NCBI RefSeq assembly: GCF_006345805.1
Contig: NW_021832521.1
Coordinates: 1-30,354, forward strand
Direction: 5' to 3'
DNA: 30,354 bases
Source: Octopus sinensis
Lineage: Eukaryota
Positions 22,926 through 30,354 of the stretch are shown one piece after another (position 1 is the stretch's first letter; every line of letters starts with the position of its first letter). The translations under genes were made by a program, and so were the position numbers. The notes under the pieces are model-generated. The model did no database searches. It had not been told where the DNA came from and saw only the letters and a list, made by a program, of their open reading frames with translations.

Positions 22926-23030
22926 ATGTTTTTGCTCAATAAACACTTACAATGCCCGGTCTGGGAATCGAAACCACGCTCTAACGACCGCAAGTCTGCA
23001 GCCCTAACCACTGGGCCATTGCGCCTCCAC
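22926..23030 (-). mobile_element. SINE family C 5' fragment
   Basis: Close match to 22690-22778 (TCAATAAACAC...CCCGGTCTGGGAATCGAAACC...CTGGGCCATTGCGCCTCCAC). Confidence 0.88.
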
Positions 23031-23467
23031 TTTGTTGATGTTCCTTGCCGTGTGGTTGAAATTGTTTTAATAGTAGTCTCTTAAAATGTCTTTTTGTTGT
23101 TTTTTTTCCTGCATTCGCTAAATTAAAGTCTGTTTGTTTGTGGATGTCAGTCGTCTTGTTTTCTTTACAGCTGGATGTCAACATTATTTTTCTCCTTTTT
23201 AGTTTGTATTGGGCGGATATTGACATTGCCGTTTGAGTGTTACTATGTTAACACGAGAACAAAAAAATAATCTCTGAAGAGAAGACAGACTGTCCAAAAA
23301 AAAACAACACTTTTTTTTTCTTTGTGTATCGAGGTATGAAATAAAACCCCATAAATGTTTAAAACTGTTTTGTTTGCAAATAATCAGAGAACAAAATGTT
23401 TCATTCACTTTGACTTCTAAAACATCCGAATCGAAAAAGACGTTCATAAAAGACGTCCTATGACTGA

Positions 23468-23910
23468 AGGCGGCGAACTGGTAAAATCGTTAGCACGCCG
23501 GGCGAAATGCTTAGCAGTATTTCGTCTGTCGCTACGTTCTGAGTTCAAATTCTGCCGAGGTCGACTTTGCCTTTCATCCTTTCGGGGTCGATAAATAAAG
23601 TACCAGTTAGGCACTGGGGTCGATATAATCGACTTAATCCGTTTGTCTGTCCTTGTTCGTCCTCTTAGTGTTTGGCCCCTTGTGGGTAGTAAAGAAATAG
23701 GTATTTCGTCTGTCGCTACGTTCAGAGTTCAAATTCCGCCGAGGTCGACTTTGCCTTTCATCCTTTCGGGGTCGATAAATAAAGTACCAGTTAGGCACTG
23801 GGGTCGATATAATCGACTTAATCCGTTTGTCTGTCCTTGTTCGTCCTCTTAGTGTTTGGCCCCTTGTGGGTAGTAAGGAAATAGGTATTTCGTCTGCCTT
23901 TATTTTCTGA
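23468..23910 (+). mobile_element. SINE family B head followed by tandem 184-bp body units (two complete, start of a third)
   Basis: GTATTTCGTCTG at 23517, 23701 and 23885; units 1 and 2 are nearly identical. Confidence 0.9.
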
Positions 23911-23992
23911 TAATACAGTTCTATATTTAAGAGATGAAAAATTACACACATTTACATTTGACGCATATTTGTCCTCATCTTGTTTGTTGTTC

Positions 23993-24038
23993 ACACAACG
24001 TTTCGGCTGATATATACCCTCCAACTTTCATCAGGTAT
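23993..24038 (-). ncRNA. Minimal hammerhead motif (family H, left arm, stem II partly decayed)
   Basis: ATAC-CTGATGA-A-AGTTG-gagggtatatat-CAGCC-GAAA-CGTT-GTGT. Confidence 0.65.
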
Positions 24039-24287
24039 CTTGGGGAAATCTCGAACCGGGGTTCTCATTCCTAAGGTATTTTACGATGTTATTATTATTA
24101 TTATTATTCAGGTCACTGATTGGAATCGAACTCAGAATCATGGGGTTAGTAGCCTGTGCTCTTAACCATTATGACTAGTAACCCCAAGATTCCGAGTTCG
24201 ATTCCAAGCAGTGACCTGAATAATGATATAATAATAACATTGTAAAATACCTTAAGAATGAGAACCCAGGTTCGAAATTTCCGCAAG

Positions 24288-24331
24288 ACACCTGATGAAG
24301 GCTGGAGGGTGTATCAGTCGAAACGTTGTGT
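24288..24331 (+). ncRNA. Minimal type-I hammerhead ribozyme motif with intact core (family H)
   Basis: ACAC-CTGATGA-A-GGCTG-gagggtgtat-CAGTC-GAAA-CGTT-GTGT: canonical CUGAUGA/GAAA, stem II with one G-U, palindromic AACGUU, predicted GUU cleavage triplet. Confidence 0.8.
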
Positions 24332-24814
24332 TACAAAGTGTTTCTGAAGTTCAGACTTTCAGTGCTATAGAAAAACGGAAACCCAAGAATCTGCTGTTGG
24401 TGCTGCTTGTTCGCTTCTTCCTTCTCTCCTACATTCCTTTCTTTCTCTTTTGTTCTTTCCTTCCATTCTTTCGCTTTTCTTTCTTTCTTTCTTTCTCTTC
24501 TACCTCTCTGTCTCCACGCGCATTATTACCGCTGTTATTGTATATTATTATTCGAGTCGTTTACCTCAGTCAAACCTGATGTGATCGCCTGTGAGTAAAT
24601 CTTTATTCATTTATTTATTTATTTACTTAATTACTGTGATATAAAAACATTTTGCTGTATAATTTGCTTCTTTCGGTAAAAACCTATTTTCGTTAGATTT
24701 TTTTTTTTTACGGAGACATATAAAAAGATTGTAACCATTTTGTTTGCTTACAAATAGAATAAAGAAAACACACCCTTCTCTATTTTTTTTTTGTTTCACA
24801 TTGAGAGAGAGAAT

Positions 24815-25227
24815 GGATCTTTTTGGTTTGAACGGCAGTTTTTAACATAATTTCTAGGAAATTAAAAAAATTTAAACTTCGTATACTGGTAGAATGTGTT
24901 TATAAAACATCATTTTCTCTTGGCTTTCTTGAGAAAAGTCTTTAATTTCTTGCATTTCGGCAATTTTAACCAATCAATGACCGTCTATTGAGGTGAAAGC
25001 ATTCTGTGCCGTATGAATATGTCCCTCGTTTAAGAATCACATTGGGTTTATTTACATTTGTGAAGACAAAAAGATACCCTTCCCCCTACCCCTACTCCTA
25101 ACCCACCGTAACTAACCCTAACCCTAAAACATTGAAATGCAATAGATCGAAAATAGGGTCATAATTATGGGTGACAATTTCATATGACACCGCTAGAAAA
25201 AAACTGCCGTTCAAACCGAAAAGATCC
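24815..25227. mobile_element. 413-bp non-autonomous DNA transposon (MITE), Merlin-like
   Basis: 29-bp TIRs GGATCTTTT(T/C)GGTTTGAACGGCAGTTTTT at 24815-24843 and 25199-25227 (1 mismatch); 8-bp TSD GAGAGAAT at 24807-24814 and 25228-25235. GG termini with an 8-bp TSD fit Merlin/IS1016. Confidence 0.88.
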
Positions 25228-26199
25228 GAGAGAATTACTATAAAGAATTGAGCTTCTATCACTGTAAAAGTTCTTGCCTTCTCTATAAAACAATAGTGTT
25301 CTGTCTGGTTTCATGATATTAAAGAACAAGAGGAAAAATATCCGACAATCTCAAAATATAACACCAACAAAACAAGAACGAAATAAAAACAACAAAAAAA
25401 CAAACATCAACGACAATGGCAACAACAATACGCAAAAAAACCCCAATAATAAGGAAATAATGGGTTCAAATTTAATTATCGTGTTACATACCATTGCAAG
25501 GATTTGAACCGTTATATACGTCCTCTACAACAGTTCTATTTTTCAATATATTTTTAGAGCATAACATAAAACACCTGGCTCTTTCTTTTTTTCTCCTTTT
25601 TCTTTTCTTTTTTTTTTCCTGTTAATTTAACAGACTTATTTTCTTTTTAATAGTTCTTCATCAATGGTTCAATTTCTATTAAATCCACTACTGGTGGCAA
25701 TTCTTTGAATTCCACCCTCACTCCTGGTGGGTCAATACTATCTCCACACATTTCTTCCAGTTTCTTTGCTGTCCATTGTTTTCGCGGTCGATAAAATACG
25801 TACCAGTTGAGCATTGGGGTTTATGTAATGGATTTAATCCTGTCCCGAAAAATTTGCTGATAAAAATGATAAAAATGGACTGTAAAAAAAGATTAATAGT
25901 ACTGCATGTGATGAGGGGCGCATGCAGCCATTCATAACCTCATTGTTATATAATCATCTCATTGCAACTGCTACCAAAGTTTACCGTGAACAGAAAGGCA
26001 AACATGATACGTTCCGTCTCTGAAATAGAGAAAGCATTCACAAAAATTAGCCTGAACGAGCATTACAACAACAATGACACAAACGGTCACGACAACACAA
26101 ACAATAACAACAATACCTCCGAACACGTTGACAGTAACAACAACGACAAGAACATCAAGAAAGCTTTCATACACACACACATACACACACACACACACG

Positions 26200-26390
26200 T
26201 TTATATTTGTGTGTGCGTCCTTAACACCACTTGACAATCTATGATGTCACCTTAAACTTGCAGTTTCGACAAAAGTGACCGACGGAATAATCAATCACTG
26301 GGGGTCGATTCTTTCGGCTAAACCTTTCAAGGCAACTGCTCCAGCAGGGCCGCTACACAATTACTGAAACAAGCAGAAAGCAACAAAAGA
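26200..26390 (+). mobile_element. Degraded SINE family A 3' half
   Basis: CACTTGACAA...GACCGA.GGAATAA...CTGGGGGTCGATTCTTTCGGCTAAACCTTTCAAGGC..CTGCTCCAGCAGGGCCGC...ACTGAAACAAG. Confidence 0.7.
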
Positions 26391-26655
26391 TGGTCTCGTG
26401 TGTCTGCTGTCCGTGCTTTTCTCTCTCTCTCTGTTAATCTGCTGTGCGTGAGTCTATCGAACAATCTGGTTTCTATGTCAGTCTGTTTATTGTGTTTCTC
26501 TCTTGTCACCCCTCTGGCGAAACAACGACAATCCCCGTCCCCTTCCCGCAACTGCCATCTCTCCGTAACTCCGTGTCAATTAGTCTAACGTACCGTGTGA
26601 CACTGCCATAGTTTTACTCACTAAACCCTCTGCGCCGGCAGTGAAGCTGACATTC

Positions 26656-26656
<1 letters not shown>

Positions 26657-26709
<53 letters not shown>

Positions 26710-26800
26710 GTCTGTCTGTCTGTTGTCTCTCTTCGATCTATCTGTCTGTCTATTATCTATCTAATCATCTATCTATCTATCTATCTATCTATCCTATCTA

Positions 26801-26848
<48 letters not shown>

Positions 26849-26850
26849 GG

Positions 26851-26882
<32 letters not shown>

Positions 26883-26931
26883 CTATCTATATATATCTAT
26901 CTATCTTCTATCTATCATATCTATCTATCGG

Positions 26932-27011
<80 letters not shown>

Positions 27012-27180
27012 GTCTGTCTGTCTGTCTGTCTGATTATCTGCCTTCCTATCTGTCTGTCTCTTCCTTTTTCTCTATTTCTCTCTCTATCCATCCATCTATC
27101 TGTCTGTCTCATGTCTATCCTTTTCCTTTTCTCTATTTATCCATCTATCTATCTATCTATCTACCTGTCTGTCTGTCTGT
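26657..27180. repeat. (TATC)n/(TGTC)n tetranucleotide array
   Basis: Direct inspection; gives the YLSI-repeat ORF. Confidence 0.95.
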
Positions 27181-27843
27181 GTAACACCGTCTTTCGTCTC
27201 TGTCTGTCTGTCTAAATCTCTACAGCCTGTATCTGCCAATCTGCTTGTGTAGCTGTGTCTCTCTCTGTCCGTATACCGCAATGTCTGCCATATCTGTCGG
27301 TGTGCGCCAATCCGTTCGTAATTATGCGTAATGTGGGCACTGGTGCCACTAATACGTACTAAACCACTAACATAATATATACTATATGTGTGTGTGTGTA
27401 TCCGTCCATATATATGTTGTTAGTGTTTACGTTTAGAGCGATTTGAAAACCTTTTGTATGACGTGTCTCTATACGTCAAATATGGCGGCTTTAAAAACAA
27501 AATTCTATAAAAAAGAAAATAACATACTGAAATATTTCACTTCAGTGCTGTTCATACTGGATCGATATATTTCACTAAAACCCTTGAGAAGTAGGGCAGC
27601 GGCATGGCTGCGGTCCCGTTACTGAAAGTAGTAAAACAATAGAAAAAGAACAGAACAACAATATACAATAATGTCTCTAGATACGAGTAAATTTGTTCCC
27701 GGAGATCGCCCGTAAACCGGAAATTCGTAAAGCAGAGCTACAATTTCCCATAGTAGCAATGACATTTTGTGCCGTCATTTTATAGCGTCGTTGTGTTGCC
27801 ATGTTTTACGACGTTACCACACACACACACAAAGTGGCTCTGC

Positions 27844-28012
27844 TACTCTTTTATTTGTTTGTCATTTCATTGCGGCCATCCTGGAGCACCGCCTTTAGTC
27901 AAACAAATAGATCCCAGGAGTTATTCTTTGTAAGCCTAGTACTTATTCCAATGGTGTCTTTTGCCGAACTAAGTTACGGAGACGTAAACACACCAGCATC
28001 GGCTGTACAAGC
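27844..28012 (-). mobile_element. SINE family A 3' half
   Basis: Plus strand TGCGGCCATCCTGGAGCACCGCCTTTAGTC...ATTCTTTGTAAGCCTAGTACTTATTC...TTTTGCCGAACTAAGTTACGGAGACGTAAACACACCAGCATCGG. Confidence 0.82.
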
Positions 28013-28400
28013 ACACACACACACATAGGTACACGCGCACACGTGCAACCCCCCACACACGTATGCTAACACACGCACGCTCACACACACACGCTCACAT
28101 ACACACTCATGCAGGTACACGTACACACGTACAAAAACACACACACATATATATATACACGCACAGGTAGACGCGCACGTGTACAAACATACACACATAT
28201 ACACACGTGCACACGTACAAACACACATACGCACGCACACACACACAGACAGGTGCACACGTACAAACACATACACATAGATGCACGAGCACACGTACGA
28301 ACACACACAGACACACACGCACACCCACCCACACACATACAGGTACATGCGCACACTTACAAATACACACACATCCACAAACACTCATACACTGGCAGCA
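28013..28400. repeat. Degenerate (CA)n-rich tract with recurring CACGTACAAA / ACAGGTACAC units
   Basis: Direct inspection. Confidence 0.88.
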
Positions 28401-28439
28401 TACATACTTATGAATGTGCATGGTTTATTGGTTAGGGAA

Positions 28440-28780
28440 TTCCTGGCGGTAAAACTATGTCCTTGAGCAAGATACTTTATTTCTCGTTGCTCTGGTCCAC
28501 TCAGTTGTAGAAATGAGTACCACTCGCGGAGGCGGGTCGCTTAGAGGGTGGGGTGTTGGATTCACGACCGTAGGATTGTGGTTTCAATCCCTGAACCTGG
28601 CAATCCATTGTGTTCTTGAGCAAAATACTTCATTTCACGTTGCACCAGTCCCCTCAGCTATAGAAATGAGTTTAGCCTGGAGAGGGATGGTCTCTACTAG
28701 GCTTTCTCACTCTAAATACGCTGCATGGCTGCAGAGCCCCGACGACCCCAAAGAGGTTAAGGGACTTGTTGTCAACTTAC
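28440..28780 (+). mobile_element. Old CORE-like tRNA SINE: a core fragment (about 28440-28520) then a longer copy starting near 28525
   Basis: TGT(C/T)CTTGAGCAA.ATACTT.ATTTC.CGTTGC.C..GTCC.CTCAG.T.TAGAAATGAGT occurs twice; head GGAGGCG...GTGGTTTCAATCCC resembles family C. Right boundary uncertain. Confidence 0.65.
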
Positions 28781-29820
28781 GAATGTAGGGGGACTTAAGA
28801 GGTAAAAATCGATTCCAACCTCTATTAGAACTCATGAACTAACGAAAAACAACAAAGGAGATGAAGGCACTTTGTTGAGGTTAATATAATATGGCGGTGA
28901 AAATTTGAGTGGTAACCTTGAGTATGATGTGGCTTGTAGTTTTATTTATGCTAACGATGTTAATGTTAATAATAATAATAATAATAATAGGTTTAATACC
29001 TCCTCTGACCCCTACCCTACCACATTCAATAAAAACGGTGAGAATAACGCCATTGACAACTTGTCTTCTACAACACAAGAGAGGTGGTGAAAGGACTTAA
29101 ATTTGAAATTACATGGATTAAAATTTTATAAATAAACAAGATGTCAAACTGCATTTCGTACTTGTTGTCAGGACAGAAATCCCAATCTCTCCCTCCTCCT
29201 CTATGTCCCTTTAACTCCCTCCGTCTTTCTCTTTCTATGCTTCTTGTCAACATGTTTAAAAATTTTTGTCACCCTGAGGTCATTCTATATGACTAGTATG
29301 GCGGGAAGGGCCCAAAGACTGACAGTCAAATTAGCATGGTCTTCTAGTATTTCACTTTACATTAGAATTAAAGTTAAGCCTGCAATGTGTCATGTGACAG
29401 AACGCATTGCCTCCCACTCTCTTTCTCTATGTATTGTCGCACTCTCTCATTTTGCTGAATATCTCACACAGAAACGCACGCATTTAAACGCACACATATA
29501 CGTAAAACGTTAGTTAATATATTCAGACATAATTGTATACATACACACCTATATCATATGTTCGTACCCATGTATGTATGAAATGTATGTCAAAGTACAT
29601 CATATATGAATGTATATTTCGAATATATTTATAAATGGGTATATATCTGTATATCTACAGAACTAGCTACACACACACAAGCACACGCAGACACTCAAAC
29701 GAGCAAAACACACACACATATACATACACACACACAAAGAAACAAATGCAAATAGTCTGAGATCCGCATACCCAAATGAAACCACTCGGACACTGTGAGG
29801 CCCACAGTATTGCTGTGTTT

Positions 29821-29946
29821 ACTAGCCACATGGTTCCGGGTTCATTCCCACTGCGTGGCACCTGGGTAAGTGTCTTCTACTATAGCCTCGGGACGACCAA
29901 AGCCTTGTGAGTGGATTTGGTAGACGGAAACTGAAAGAAGCCCGTC
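29821..29946 (+). mobile_element. SINE family A 5' half
   Basis: CCACATGGTTCCGGGTTCATTCCCACTGCGTGGCACCTGGGTAAGTGTCTTCTACTATAGCC...GAAAGAAGCCCGTC. Confidence 0.9.
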
Positions 29947-29979
29947 TTATATATTAATCTCTCTCTCTCAATATATATA

Positions 29980-30178
29980 GGGAGAGTTTACGAAAAAAAA
30001 AACAAAACAAAAGACGAAGACAGGTGGTGTACAAAACAAACAGATGTATTAGTATAACGCTCAGGAATAGAAAATGTCTTTTACGTTTCGAGCCTACGCT
30101 CTTCTTCAGAAAGGGACACAGAAAAAACAAGGAGAGAAATAAAATGTGTGTATTGGCTAACGATCTATCATGGCGACT
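29980..30178 (-). mobile_element. Hammerhead-bearing PLE-type terminal fragment (family P1), may extend toward the window end
   Basis: Homologous to 18233-18445; its 3' end abuts (TA)n. Confidence 0.7.
30078..30113 (-). ncRNA. Minimal type-I hammerhead ribozyme motif with intact core
   Basis: CTTT-CTGAAGA-A-GAGC-gtag-GCTC-GAAA-CGTA-AAAG: CUGANGA, GAAA, GUA triplet, stem I CTTT/AAAG. Confidence 0.8.
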
Positions 30179-30354
30179 GATTGTTTTCTTGTGGGTATAC
30201 CTGAAAAGGGGGGTTTAAGTCAACAAACTAGAGAGCCTGGTGCAACTGAAGGGGAACATCGATAGAGAAATCAGAGAAGTGGGGTCGAAACGCTTGTGGA
30301 TGTAATAGTGCAAGTTTTGGAAAGAGCAAGGGCGTGCGAAGCCGAAAAGAGCTG

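Larger units (their letters stand above)
23911..24340. mobile_element. Second fold-back pair of family H, with tRNA-like heads at the centre
   Basis: Left arm (-) 23911-24172, right arm (+) about 24173-24333; B-box GAGTTCGATTCC at 24194-24205 (+) and 24122-24133 (-); TTTCTGA at 23904-23910 and 24341-24347. Confidence 0.85.

Noticed and set aside
23468-23910. CRISPR-like or prokaryotic repeat system
   Set aside because: Units are contiguous SINE bodies with no unique spacers, there are no cas genes, and the DNA is eukaryotic in character.
24110-24215. tRNA gene
   Set aside because: A/B boxes are present but I could not build a full cloverleaf; it is the head of a repeat. The same applies to SINE A, B and C heads.
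30179-30354. Possible PLE coding sequence upstream of the P1 hammerhead
   Set aside because: The three minus-strand frames show no RT or GIY-YIG motif I can identify, and the segment is cut by the window edge.

Overview
AT-rich, microsatellite-saturated eukaryotic non-coding DNA. The tRNA-SINE repertoire, huge (TA)n/(TAA)n tracts and LINE/mariner debris suggest an octopus (coleoid cephalopod) intron or intergenic region; this is an inference from recognised repeat sequences, not a database hit. No host gene exon can be supported. Nearly all supplied ORFs are translated microsatellites or antisense frames of repeats. Real coding remnants are transposon fragments: an L1/Tx1 LINE (1-350, -), two RTE-type LINE pieces (7692-8007 with a 13-bp TSD; 18881-19590 with YADD) and two mariner pieces (6862-7058; 22241-22925, split by a SINE). 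There is also a 413-bp GG-ended MITE with an 8-bp TSD (Merlin-like) and many copies of about four tRNA-SINE families. The most notable signal is a set of minimal type-I hammerhead ribozyme motifs of the kind carried by Penelope-like elements (PLEs), in at least three unrelated non-coding families. One family has a tRNA-like Pol III head, a (TAA)n spacer and a hammerhead, and occurs twice as a fold-back pair (8938-9420 with a 13-bp TSD; 23911-24340 with a possible 7-bp TSD). It looks like a ribozyme-bearing SINE mobilised by PLE machinery. Other fold-back elements sit in (TA)n tracts, repeatedly the internal (TA)n of one SINE family.
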